64,000 nt of DNA from Felis catus (Eukaryota). The stretch is taken from the NCBI RefSeq assembly GCF_018350175.1, contig NC_058368.1, positions 210,988,001-211,052,000 on the forward strand, in the 5' to 3' direction. The notes under the pieces were generated by a model. It had not been told where the DNA came from. It ran no database searches and saw only the letters and a list, made by a program, of their open reading frames with translations. How positions within the stretch are numbered: position 1 is the stretch's first letter; each line of letters opens with the position of its first letter. A program made the translations under genes and the position numbers. Of this stretch, positions 24,452 through 37,173 are shown piece after piece.

Positions 24452-24924
24452 AAGAAGAAAGGAAGCTTTGTTTCTTGGTATCTAGGCAAACAAGCATTAA
24501 GAGCATGAGGGGATGGGATGTAGGAAACCTTGAGTTTTCTACCTACCATGTGTAGGTTCATTCCTCCACTGCCACACCCTCCTTTTCCCAGTCCACTTCA
24601 AGCTTTTTATTCCTTGACTTTGCTTAGTGGTATATTCTTGGCTAATAGACGTAAAGTAGCAATTCTCCATCCCTTCCCACAAGTTGTAAGCATCAGTCAG
24701 TTTAGACCTGTACAGTCACAAAATACATTATTCCTTATGCACTTCCATCATAGCAACTCTGCATCTGTCAGTTCTCAAGTAGGAACCTGGGTTTATACAG
24801 TTGGATGCTGTTCAAGGATGTCCCACAGTTCCAGGAGTTGTCTGTCTTTTTTTCCCCTCATATAATCCAGCTTTTTCCAAAATGGAGGCTGCTGGTTTCT
24901 AAAAGCCCAGACTGTGTCTCCAAA

Positions 24925-25130
24925 CCACCTGATTTGTAACTCTAGCTCTGCCACTGATCAGCTCTGCGTTCTTATGCAGATGACCAAAACTCTGTGTCTC
25001 AGTTTCCTCATCTGTAAAACGGAGATAATGCAAATGCCTACTTATACTGTTGTTATGAGAATTAACTGGTCAATATATGTAAAGTGTGTTAAAAGATATC
25101 TGGCACCTAGTAAGTGCTCAATAAATGTTT
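24925..25130 (+). mobile_element. MIR
   Basis: ctcagtttcctcatctgtaaaacggagataat...ctggcacctagtaagtgctcaataaatgtt. Confidence 0.85.
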
Positions 25131-25424
25131 CTATACAAGACGATGGTAGGTGGTTTACAGATCAAGATTTTTTGGTAATTTTGTATATATTTCAATGCAG
25201 ACCTGAAAAAAAATACTACCATATGAAACCTATAGCTTCAGATTTTATTGCTTAGGCTAAATAAAATTAGAGGACCTACCGAAAAAGTATAGTTTGTAAA
25301 CTAGCCTAGGTGATATATTGATATGGCAAAAATCACGAAGGTGGCTGGATGAATGACTACACTTTGGAAAACACTTCCCTAGTTAGAAAAGAACTAGAAA
25401 CTAACACAGTAAATAGGCCCACTC

Positions 25425-25623
25425 TTTTTTTAAGTTTATTTTTATTTATTTTGAGAAAGAGATAGAGAGCAAGCGGGGGAGGGGCGGGAAGAGAGGAAGA
25501 CAGAATCCCAAGCAGGCTCTGCGGCCAGCCAGATGTGGAGCTTGAAGTCACGAACCATGAGATCATGACCTGAGCCGAAATCAAGAGCCAGACGCTTAGC
25601 CGACTGAGCCACCCAGGCACCCC
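25425..25623 (-). mobile_element. CanSINE
   Basis: Typical sequence ending agccacccaggcacccc. Confidence 0.93.
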
Positions 25624-26164
25624 AGACCCACTTTCTTTGTACATTTGTAAATCACTATAGAGTGTGCTCTTGACTTAGACCCAAGGCATATATTTTGTTT
25701 TGTTTTGTTTGGGTTTGGTTTTTGGCTATGGGTCTCCACAACAGTACTGTGCACAGATTCCTTGCTCCGAGGCAATTCCCCTGAATTAGAATATTATTAC
25801 TCTAAGAACTGGACATCTGTCCTATATTGCTGTTAGGCACTTTCGAGTTGTTTCATAACATAGACAAGGAGCAGGCTGACTTGGTTTCTAACTATTCTCG
25901 CCTTTTTTTTTAGCTGTGTAACATCAGGCAAATGTCTCACTCTTTCTAGCTTTGTGTTTTCCTTAACTGAGGCTCTGACAACTCTGCTTCCTTATATGGA
26001 TGTTCTATCAAATAACAAATGCTGTATGAAACCTTTGGGCAAACACCCAAAAAGAGCTATATACACACACAGATGTTAAGTACTGAGAATGAGGCTAGTC
26101 TGTGAGAAACAGTTGCTAATGACACTGTTAGGGGATAACCTTCAAGATTCCTAAAGGGGATCAT

Positions 26165-26370
26165 AGCATAGTACTCCAGCACGTAGACGGCAGAGCCCGA
26201 CTGTGGCGCTCTGAGTGAGCTGTGTGCCTCCAGTTCCTCATCTGCAAAATGGGGATGATACTAATGTCCACCTTACAGGCAGTTTATGAATACTTAATGA
26301 GTCGATACATACAGAGAGCTTGGGACAATGGCTTATTCTTAGTATACGTTCAGTAAGTTAACTATTAGTT
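26165..26370 (+). mobile_element. MIR
   Basis: cagttcctcatctgcaaaatggggatgatactaat. Confidence 0.7.
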
Positions 26371-28917
26371 TCAAACCGCTGTATTTAGACACAACTGGTG
26401 AAAATTCTGAGCATTTACTAGGGTAAGTTTTGTTGAAACACGTACTCTGGATTCTTTCTTGCTGTGCACCTTCCAAGAAAATATAGCCTGTAGGTGAATT
26501 GAGGAAAAAGATTTTAAAGGACACATTGTATTTAATGTATATTTGTTTGTATTTGAGGTATAGGATTTATCCCAGTGAGTATTATTTTTTAAATGCTTAG
26601 GCTTAGCTTTATAATGTCTGCTGGTTAAGTTTTTACCCAAGGCCAGCAGAACTAGAGAATAAGGATCAAGCTGTGGGGCCTGGAATTGGGCTCCTGGGCC
26701 TCAATCCTACATGTATTACTTCCTAAGTGTTATGGCTACATTGGACAAAATACTTGAGCTCCCAAAACATCAGGAACCTCAGGTATAAATTGGAAACAAT
26801 AAGTTCTTATCTCATGAGGTTCTTGAGAAATTTAAAGGAGGGAAGCGCTGAGAGCATTACACAATTGTCTGTTACTGTTATTATTGGATCTATTTGCACT
26901 AGAATCTATAGAACTACCTTGCAAGTTGCTCACGTGGTGGAATTAGATACAGGGCTCAACTGTGCATACAGAAGTGTATATTTAAGTAATAACAGTATGA
27001 CCCAGGCTCCAGTCTCTTGGTCTTGTTATGCCTCCATTGATGGGCTATCTCTACTGGGAAAGGTGCTCTGTGGGCAGGAGGAAACTTGAATGGACACAGC
27101 CCACATTTCTCTTTTCCTGCTAGAGGATTCTTTTACCTCACTACTTCAATAAGATGCCAGGGACTCTGTGTTTTGTCTTCACTTGTCCACGGGTCATCTT
27201 GCTACTTTTTCATGTTCCTGCACAGCACCTTACTTAGGCTGCCTCCTTTTGAAGAAGCAGATGGTTATCTCAAGAATGTTTCCGGAGTTTTCCTTCAAAG
27301 TATGCAAAATGCTTCATAGTGTGGTATGAGTTTGGTGCCTGAGTGGTGCCTGGGTTTGGTTTGTTAAAATTGGGACTGGAGAGTTATTGAACAGGTAGAT
27401 GCCCCAGGCCTAACACAGTCACGGGGTGACCATTGCAGAAGCCCCAGGGAGGCTTGATGCCCTGTGGAGCCTGCCATCTGCCTTCCGTTTCTGAGTCCAT
27501 TAAAATCAATGATTTTAACCAGGATACGGTTATGAATTTCACAACCGTGATTTCAAGAGCAGTGCTGACATTTCAAAGTCTTAATCCTAGAGGGTCATTG
27601 AGAAAAAAATACATTCATCTTAAGCAAGCCGTATGTTTGGATCATTTTTAGGGTGGTCTGTACCTTACATCCAGGGACTTCCTGCACTGTGAACTGAAGA
27701 ATTTTATGGCATACACTGGCCTTCGTGGAACCTTGTAAAACTAATTAATAGCAAGTGCTTCAAAATCTTCCCCTTTCCTGTGAGTCATGTGTTTGTATCT
27801 TGCTTGTGTAACATGTGATACACTCAGGGAAAAGACCCATAAGGACAGATTTCTGCCATGAGGGATGGGAAGGGATGTGGTTGATAAAATAGTGGCCACA
27901 ATTAAGGCTAACCACTATGATAAACTTTTAACCTAAATTATCTTATCTAATTATCACATAATATGAAGACTGTATTAATCAAGACCTTAAAACATACAAT
28001 TATAAGCCTTAAAAGGTTATTATTTCAATTTTAGTCCTGCTTACAAAAAAAAAAATGTTGATGACCAGGGTAGCTAAGGAAATAGTTCTGGAAGAGCCCA
28101 GTCTATTCTTTACCCACTTGGGCATCTAGATCTTAATTTCCTCAGCGATGTCTAGTCCACGTACTCCAAGTATCTCTTTCTCCCTCTGACAAATCTCTCC
28201 TGATTAACAGCAGGGCTCCAGTGATTGGCATGAAATCAGGAGGGCAAAGTACTTGAGAGTTTTGTCATCACCAGTGGGAGTAACTTGCAACAGACTTTAA
28301 ATTATAAATAAGTTATCAAATCCACAGCACTGGATTTGCTCAGAAAGAAAACTGTTAACAGAACGTTCTATTGAGAGCCCTGATATCTTTAAATTAGTAG
28401 GAGCTCTGCAGGGGTGTCCTTATGGTTCAGATGGAGTCCAGAGCCGTCAGAACCAAATCCAAACTCCTCCATCCGGCATGGCAGGCCTTTCGGAACCTTG
28501 GTTCCTTCCACTCTTCCTGTGGCATTTCCTACCACACATCTAACCGACGTCCCCTCCTACCATTCTCTTGTATTTATATATTTTTAAATGGAGCACGGAG
28601 TCATTTTTATTAACACAAATTAACATATGAAAACATCTCTGAATATTTATTAAAAGAAGCACACACATACAGAATGTCGATAGAAACAACCAAATGACTT
28701 GGTGCTTAAGATTGAATCCATAGTTTATGCAGAAACTATATATTAGTTAAAGGGTATAGAAATGATAAAAAATAATCCTCATAAAATACAAAATGAAGAC
28801 TTGTCAACAATTTTGCTTAAACTGCTAGTTAATAAGGGAAGTGGTAACAAGTCACAACCCATTCAAAGAAGAATCTAAAAGGCAGACAAATATAAATGCA
28901 ATTAGAAATGGTGAAAT

Positions 28918-29096
28918 GGGGGTGCTTTGGTGGCTCAGTCAGTTGGGCATTGGACTTTGGCTCAGGTCACGATCTAATGGTTTGTGGGTTCGAGCCCTGT
29001 GTCAGATTCTGTGCTGATAGCTCAGAGCCTGGAGCCTGCTTCAGAGTCTGTCTCCCTCCCTCTCTGCCTCTCTCTCTCTCTTTCTCTCTTGCCCCC
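28918..29096 (+). mobile_element. CanSINE lacking its A-tail
   Basis: Head and body present; ends in (CT)n. Confidence 0.88.
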
Positions 29097-29224
29097 AGAA
29101 GTTGTAGACTAAGACAAAATTTAGACTAGACAGGGGCCAGGATAGAAGAGATGGAATCCCGACTTGGGCACCCTTGATACATTTCATGTGGGATTTATCT
29201 GTACAGCTTGTTAGCAGTTTGGAA

Positions 29225-29420
29225 AACCAGTTTAAAGGTTTTAGAATCTGGAATCCTGGGTTGAAATATTCGATCTAACATTGGCCAGCTCTGTAATCTC
29301 TGGCAAATTAATTAGCTTCTTTGAACCTTGGCTTTCCTTTTGTAAAACGGAGATGGCATTATACTATTTAACTCCAGAAGCTCTTATGAGAAGTAAAATA
29401 GGTAAAGGATACAAGGTCTT
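29225..29420 (+). mobile_element. MIR
   Basis: cctgggttgaaat...ctggcaaattaattagcttctttgaaccttggctttcctttgtaaaacggagat. Confidence 0.65.
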
Positions 29421-30797
29421 ATCTTTAGAATCATTATCTCATTTAATTCTCATAACATCCACATGAGACCACTTTTTCCTCAATTTTCCAGACAAGACAA
29501 CTGAGTATTGACCATAGTCATTGAGCTAGAGTTCATTAATTCATTCCTTTATTCATTCATTCCTACAAATATGTATAGAGGACCAGCGAGGTCCTTCACT
29601 AAGCCTTCCTTTCTAGTGGAGATAAATGATGATAAGGGGCAATACACAAGTGAGAATTTTAAGAGCAGTAACTGTAATGAAAAGAAAAAAACAGGGTAAC
29701 AGAAAGCTATGGAAAAAAAAGAGGTGTGTTCAGAAAGGCCCCTAAAGCAGGGACATTTGAGCTGTGACCAGAATGTTACAGAAAAGCTTCAGAACAGCAG
29801 GAAAGTAGAGGGAGTAGCAAAAGCAAAATCAAGGGCATGGGCTGTTCGTTCATGGGTGCACATCAGGAAGCTGAAGCCTTAATACTTTAAAAGGGAGCCT
29901 GCCCCTCTGAGCAAATCTCTCCCAGCTTTAGGGAGAGCAGTGACCCTATGGCACTTGGCAGTCTTCTAGGATTATGATGTCCCTAGCTGCAACGTGTCAT
30001 GTAGATTTAATATGTTTGTCATTCCGTGATTCCAAGGCGATGCAGGGACAAGGGGCATCAAAAGGTGAACGTGTCTGTCTAGTTTATTGCCAGGTGCTAA
30101 CCTCAAAGGAAGCTCCCTGTCCATTAAGCTTCACTGGAGAGGAAAAGAGAGGAACAATCTGTTAGTGAGCAAAGCAATCCAAGTGATTATTTGGCTGCTG
30201 GGGCACCACACAGTGCAGTTTGTTCAGCCCTTTTGAGCTCAGACTGACTGGCTCACAACAGAGCAGGAACGAAAGTACACGGAACGCAGAATATGGGTCT
30301 GTAGACCAGATGTACCTTGATCCGTGCTAGTTTCTGCCGCCACATTTCACGCCCTCTTGTGGCTCTGATTACACCAGTCCAAGATATCAAATATTTTGAA
30401 AACGATTAGACTTTGGGAGGGGATTTTGATTGGACTTGTGACCAAGGCTCAAACCAATCCATTAGTAATCCTCTCCAGATGAATCTGTCTTTTGCACGTT
30501 GTGGTGTGACACGTGGGGTAGGTCCCCAGATGGAAGAAAAATTCACATCTGAGTACGGAAAAAGGGGAGAATCAGAAGCCCCAGTGAGACCTTGATTGAA
30601 ATAATCATATAAAATTATCATGATCATGGCCGCGGGGCTTACCGCACAGCATAGACCTTTACAGCATTCGGTCATGTTCCCAAGTGGAAAGATACATGCA
30701 AGATACATGCACCGTAAGTGCTGGAAGCACCTCAGAATTGCCGGCCTGCATGAACGTGAAAGTAAGACATGTAAGTTGTACACCACCTTATACTAGG

Positions 30798-31268
30798 TGT
30801 GTTAGTTTCCTTGGGCTTCCTTAATAAAGTACCAAAACAATGGGTGGCTTAAAACAGTAGAAATGTATTATCACAGTTCTGGAGGCCATACATCTGAAGT
30901 CAAGGTGCTGCCAGGGCCACGCTTCCTTTAAAGTCTCTAGGGGAGAATCCTTCCTTGCCTCTTCCAGCTTCTGGTATTTGCTGACAATCTTGGTGTGCCT
31001 TGGCTTGTAGAGGCATCACTTCAGTCATGTGGCTGTCTTCTCCCTGTGTGTCTCCACACCATCTTTCCCTCTGTGAACATCTGTCTCTGGGTCCGGATGT
31101 CCCCTTTTTATAAGGACACTTCATACTGGATTAAAGCTGCCCTAATGACTTCACAGTAACCTGACTACTTCTGTGATGAACCTTTTTCCAAGGAGGTCAC
31201 ATTCCGAGGTAATGGGGAGTTAAGACCTCAACATAGCCTCTCAGGGGGATGTGACTCAACCCATAACA
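30798..31268 (-). mobile_element. Complete MaLR solo LTR (MLT1B/C-like)
   Basis: TG...CA termini (tgtgttagtttcc...caacccataaca), gggtggcttaaaacag, cacagttctggagg; 5-bp TSD ctagg/ccagg. Confidence 0.88.
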
Positions 31269-31341
31269 CCAGGTCATGGTGCAAGCTGTTAGCACTGTCC
31301 ACTTTCTAACCTGATTTACCCAATCAGGGGGTGCAACGGGA

Positions 31342-31537
31342 TAAGAGTGCCGGATGTAGAAAAGTGAAACGAGTATAGGATTCCCAGTTAAATTTGAATT
31401 GCAGATCAACGATGCATAATTTTTACTTGAAGTATGTTCCAAATATTTTATAAGACATACTTATGTGTAAAACATGTATGCTATTTGTATGAAACCCACA
31501 TGTCACAGGGTATCCTGTATTTTATTTGGCAACCCTA
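31342..31537. mobile_element. MER53-like palindromic MITE
   Basis: cccagttaaatttgaattgcagat...aagtatgt...acatactt...cctgtattttatttggcaacccta. Confidence 0.7.
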
Positions 31538-31629
31538 AATCAGGCCCTTGGGAGCCTTCCTCCTTCTGGTAGCTTCTTGGTTCCATTCTACTCCAAGAAG
31601 ACACCAGAAGCAATGCATATGCTGCAGAG

Positions 31630-31850
31630 AACCCAGCCCTGGCAGTTCGGAGCCTTGGATTCCAACACCTGATGTGCCACAGGTGTTTGACTTGACCGAA
31701 CAGTCCACATCTCTATGACTCAGTTTCTTCTCCAGTTAAAAATGAAATAAGAATATCTCTCTTACCTACCTTAGATTATCGTCGCGATGCTCAAACAAGA
31801 TAAATGACATGAAAATGCTTCTCAACTATTCAGGTGCTTTCCTAAGTTGT
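31630..31850 (+). mobile_element. MIR
   Basis: ctctatgactcagtttcttctccagttaaaaatgaaataagaat. Confidence 0.6.
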
Positions 31851-32709
31851 TATTTTTCTAGCCTTGAATTTAGGAGCCTGAAGTTCTGCCTTATTCTGTG
31901 CTCTGAAAGCCAATTGTACAGATCAGCAGCTCGTGTGGGCGCCTCCCCTCCTACCGCTAGTAAATGAATGGTCTCCTTGGAGAACCACTGCCCAGCTTCC
32001 GTGCTTCACCATAAAGGGCTAAAGAATTAGAATGAGAAATGTTGGCCATAAAAGTGACCCCCTGACATGATGACCAGGACATTTTGCTTTCAGACTTCTG
32101 CCCTAAAACAAAAGTTTTTCCATCAACACCTTCATGCATCTCTTTCTCTGGAGATGGCATTTGTGTCTGTGTACCAGTGGGTGAGAAATCACTTTTTAAA
32201 TTTGGAGAAAAGTCTCATGTAAAAAAAAAATAGGGAATAAAAAGAGACCCTGAAGTGCTGAATACTGAGATCATGGCCTTTCATGAACAATATGCAACCA
32301 ATTTTGAAGAAAATTTTCAAGTGAGTACTGGAGTAATTAGTCACACTTGCTAAATAAACACTCAGTGTGGTTGCTATCAAAATGAAAGTCCATCATTTCT
32401 ATTTTGACTCTAAGGGTCCATAATTAAGTAGGCTTGGCAGCTGTTTTAAATCCATGCACCTAAGGAGGAAAATTATATGCTTAATCCAGTAAGGAGATTG
32501 TGGTTTGTATTTTACATTTTGTCTCTGAGGGACTATTTTTTCTTACCAGAAGGTGAAATATTTTCCTTCACTTGTTTGAAGCAAAGTGCTCTTGTCAGAA
32601 TTTACAGAAATTATCATAACGTGACAATAAATTTTAGTAGATTGTTGTAGCTTATGTAGCATTTCAATATGTTTGCCATTTTTTTCTGCTTTGATTATAC
32701 TTATAAGAA

Positions 32710-33180
32710 TTTTTAAATTTAAATTCAAGCTAGCTAACATACCGTGTAGTCTTGGTTTTAGGAGAACTCAGTGATTCATCTCTTACATATGACACCCAGT
32801 GCTCATCCCAATAAGTGCCCTCCTTCGTGCCCATCACCCCTTTAGCCCACCCCCACCCGCCTCCCCTCCAGCAACCCTCAGTTTGTTCTCTATGGAATAG
32901 TCTCTTACGGTTTGCCTCCCCCTCTGCTTTTATCTTATTTTTCCTTCCTTTTCCCTTATGTTCATATGTTGTGTTTCTCAAATTCCACATATGAGTGAAA
33001 TCATATGATATCTCTCTTTCTCTGACTGATTTATTTTGCTTAGCATAATACACTCTAGTTCCATCCACATTGTTGCAAATGTCAAGATTTCATTCTTTTT
33101 CATCACTGAGTAGTATTCCATTGCACAGCAAAGGAAACAAAGGCACGGAAAACATTGCACAGCAAAGGCAACTGATGGAA
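32710..33180 (-). mobile_element. L1 3'-end fragment with a short rearranged, inverted 5' junction
   Basis: KKNEILTFATMWMELECIMLSKINQSEKERYHMISLICGI on the minus strand; + strand ORF2 scraps at 33121-33180. Confidence 0.88.
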
Positions 33181-34129
33181 TATTTACCATTTTAATTATT
33201 CCCCTTAAATGTGCTCCATTTAGTCTCTAACTGCACTATATAAGTGAAGCAATATGGTGTCATTTCTCCAGTTGGACATTTAGGTGGGTTGCTGTCGAGT
33301 GTTAAGTCAATTAACTTTTGTTTGTTTTTATGAAATGCTTATTTTATTTGACAGCTATCTTCTGTTTCCTGTGAGACTGTGGTATACTATTAACAGTATT
33401 CATAGTCTATAGCTCTCCTTGTAGATTGTGCGAAGAATGAATTCTATGAAATAACTGTCAAGCGGAACAATGTTAAAATATTTACGTTGTCTAGAAGAGC
33501 TAACACTTCTTGTTTTAACTGGAACTTTTATTTCTAGTTAAGATTTTCCTCTTTAATCTTATGTTTCATTCAGAACATAGTATTTTATAAGAGTCAGTGA
33601 CTTTATAATAACCAGCAACTTTTTTTCCTGAGGTACACATCACTGGAGAGGAGCACAGCTACGGAGATGGGGAGTCAGTCTGTCCGTCTTGCTGAGGGAA
33701 ATTGGAAGTGGGGGGAACAAAGAGGTCTGTACCATTCCGGCTGTCCTGCCATGGACGTGGAACTGCCCAGCAGAGAAAACCATCGGAAGATGACTGGCAT
33801 GCTGGATGCACCTGCCAGGCGAGCACATCCACTGAGGGGCCTGACAAGTGTCCACCATGTGAGAAGTCCAAGTAGTTTGTGCACAAGCCACGGGTTCTTA
33901 GACAATGATCAGTGGGTGTGGCAAACGACCTTCAGTTGTTTTTCAGACTAATCTGAATCCAGATATCTCCCAATTTGGGAATATCGAGATTTTTTTTTTT
34001 TTTAAGGTTGAGAAAGCTGTCTTCCTGATGTTTGCAAGTCTTCGGACAAATGGCTATGTACTGGGCCATAACGGGACTAAGCTTTAGGACTAGGCAGAGA
34101 TTGATTACTACTAAATTATATCACCTTTC

Positions 34130-34350
34130 AGGGCACCTGGGTGGCTCAGTCGGTTGAACGTCCGACTTCGGCTCCGGTCACGATCTCACAGTTCGTGAGT
34201 TTGAACCCCACATCGGGCTCTGTGCCGACAGCTCGGAACCTGGATGAAGCCTGGTTCCGATTCTGTGTCTCCCTCTCTCTCTGTCCCTCCACCACTCGCG
34301 CTCTGTCTCTCTCTCTCTCTCTCAAAACTAAAAATAAACATTAGAAAAAA
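34130..34350 (+). mobile_element. CanSINE
   Basis: Typical; degenerate TSD aaat(t/c)a(t/c)atca(c/t)ctttc. Confidence 0.93.
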
Positions 34351-34438
34351 TAAATCACATCATCTTTCTAGAAGTGAATCATTACTATTGATTTTCACTT
34401 TGCCAAACTTCCCTTTTTAATCACCTGCCTTTTGGAAA

Positions 34439-34473
34439 ACACACACACACATACACACACACACACACACACA
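34439..34473. repeat. (CA)n microsatellite
   Basis: Directly visible. Confidence 0.95.
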
Positions 34474-35191
34474 ACTCTACAAAGCACTAGTGTGCTAGTG
34501 ATCCTAAATCTTTTATCCCCATTTGCAACTAAGGGATGTGTGTCTCAAAGAGATGGGTGGCTTCCCCCGAGCCCCCACAATGAGTAAGTCTTCTTCCCTA
34601 AACTACCATCTGTCAATAATTCATTTATTAAAAATTATTTTTTAGAACCTACCACATGCCAGAGGTACGTGCTGGGATCAACTGGTGATCAGTCAAGAAA
34701 TAAGAAATACATTGTCCCTACCCTCATAAGAGCCTGGGGTCAGTGATGGGAAACAGTTAAGTGAGCAATGGTGACACCGCATAGTGAGAACTTCAGTAAA
34801 TGAGGCCTAGGCTATTACTGAGGGGTTGCTGAAGGCCCCACATCACCACCATCTCAACTGACACTTCTGGGGCACTTACTCCGTGGTATGCACTGTGTCA
34901 TTGCTTTGCAAATATCATCTTTTCTATTGCTCATCCATGTAGTCGATAGATGAGAAAAATGAGACACAGAGAGGCTAACTAATCTATCTACGTCACAAAG
35001 AAAGGTATAGTCCAAATTTAACCAGGCAGTCTGGCTTAAGCCCACACACGTGGACTTCCACCTAGGTTAATTATAATCTTCCCGAAGAAAAGATTAAGAT
35101 ATTTAGGTTGGTAAACTAGGCACAGTTTTGTCCAGTGAGGCAGAAAAGGTTAGACTAATAATTGGTTTGAATTAAAATCTATTACAACTTC

Positions 35192-35445
35192 AGGGCACCT
35201 GGGTGGCTCAGTCGCTTGAGCGTCCAACTTCGGCTCAGGTCACGACCTCCTGATTTGCGAGTTCCAGCCCCACATCCGGCTCGCTGCTGTCAGTGCGGAG
35301 CCTGCTTCAGATCCTCTGCCCCCACCGCCGCCTCCCCAACCCTCTCCCATTCACACTCTTATTCAGATCCTCTGTCCCCCTTTCTCTACGCCTCCCCACT
35401 TACACTCTCCCCAAAATAAATAAATATTTAAAAAATAAAAATAAA
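35192..35445 (+). mobile_element. CanSINE with an internal duplication of its 3' body
   Basis: TSD taaaatctattacaa at 35173-35187 and 35446-35460; ttcagatcctctg occurs twice. Confidence 0.92.
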
Positions 35446-36429
35446 TAAAATCTATTACAATTTCCTAAACAAGTATGTTTCAAAACTGAAATAGAAACCA
35501 AATTTTATGGCGTTTCTGTGGCCAGGGCATAGAAATTATTTTAATATTCTAATTGACCCAGAGTTGAATCAAAGGATTTAGCTGCCATGCTCATGCCTTT
35601 ATATTACAAACAGGTTTTAACCTTCTATAAATCAATCAGGAGGGTAGAAATCACCGAATGGTATCATTATGACCACAGAATACTTAATAGATGCAGCCTT
35701 GGAATTTTGTTGCGGGAAAACACCTAGGCTTCAACCTTATTTCCCCTCTCAAAGACTGGTCCAGACCCAAGCTTGTAATGGCGCTCGGAGTGACGTCGTT
35801 CCGCCTCTCTTTCCAGCCTCCTCAGTTTCATTTTTCACAACTTTTTTTTTTTTTAAATTTCTATCCAGGAACATCAGTTAAATTCCCAGTCCCCCTGGAT
35901 TTAATGCTTTTATATACACTTATTCTTTGATTTGGTGCCCTATTTTTTTTTTTTTCTGGACATTAAGTAGGAATCTAAAATGGTGCCAGGAATCAAGGGT
36001 TAAAGACAGGGGGCAAAGGCGTTTCAGCAAGAGAAACACCATTTTGTTTTATTTTGCTTTGCAGTTTGGAAAAGGAAATTGCATCGCTTTTGAAAACAAA
36101 CGTTGTGAAATTGTAAACCATGCCATTTCTATTCTGGTCTTCGACTGAAACTGTCTTTGTGGCAGACTGCACAGAAAGTTCTGTCTTTAATCAGCCTCGA
36201 GCAATCTATGTAGAACATTTACCTCATTTCCAATAACACATAGGTTGGTAAACCAGAACCAGTGAAAATAAAATTATTGTAAAATATAATAAATACTCAA
36301 CTAAATACAATCAGTACATGCTTTAGCTATTTGTAATGTTTTCTTATATATGCCCCCAAATCACAAATTTTTTCTTTTAATGTCGATCTCATTTGTATAC
36401 TAAAAACACACTTAATATTCATGAAGACT

Positions 36430-36565
36430 TTTTAAAGTTGTATTTATTTTTAATTAATTAATTAATTAATTCTTTTAGTAATCTCTACACCCAATGTGGG
36501 CCTCGAACTCATGACCCTGAGATCAAGAGTCACATGTTCTTCTCACTGAGCCAGACTTGTGCCCC
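36430..36565 (-). mobile_element. Short old CanSINE
   Basis: gtaatctctacacccaatgtgggcctcgaactcatgaccctgagatcaagagtc. Confidence 0.85.
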
Positions 36566-36987
36566 AAAGAGGTTTTTTTTTTAATATTTCTTACCTCATG
36601 AGTTTTTAGGATAACTGGCCATCAGCCTATCTTCCCATTCTGACAAATACTTGAAATTACTGTCTATAATTAATTTGTATATATATATATATATATATAT
36701 ATTTAAACTAAAAATATTATTCATTTTGATTATTCCCTTTTTATCAAATTTTGCTCTGAATATCTTTTATCTTTCCCAAAGATGTGTATTGTTTGTTTGT
36801 TTTTCAAGATTTATACTTTCAAGGGCTTTAGAAATAAATATTCTACAAATTGAAATTTTTTCAAAGAAGCTAGAATTTCTGTTTATAATAGTAACATTGT
36901 GGAGTAAAGTGCATGGTTTGTATAACACACCTTTCTAAAATACAGGGTTTTTTTAACATACAGTGCAAATTTTGGAACTAATATCTT

Positions 36988-37173
36988 TTTTTCCTAAGGT
37001 TATTTATTTACTTTCAGAGAGAGAGAGCTGGGGAGGAGGACAGAAGGAGAGAGAGAATCCCAAGCAAGCTCCACGCTTAGGGTGGAGCCCAATGTGGGGC
37101 TGGAACTCACAAACATGACCTGAGCCGAAATCTAGCAACAGATGCTTAACCAGCTGAGCCACCCAGGCGTCCC
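36988..37173 (-). mobile_element. CanSINE
   Basis: TSD gaactaatatctt at 36975-36987 and 37175-37187. Confidence 0.93.

Noticed and set aside
30406..30786. Cys-rich 126-aa ORF with a minus-strand gtaag donor near 30641
   Set aside because: No convincing acceptor or protein family, so it cannot be supported as an exon.
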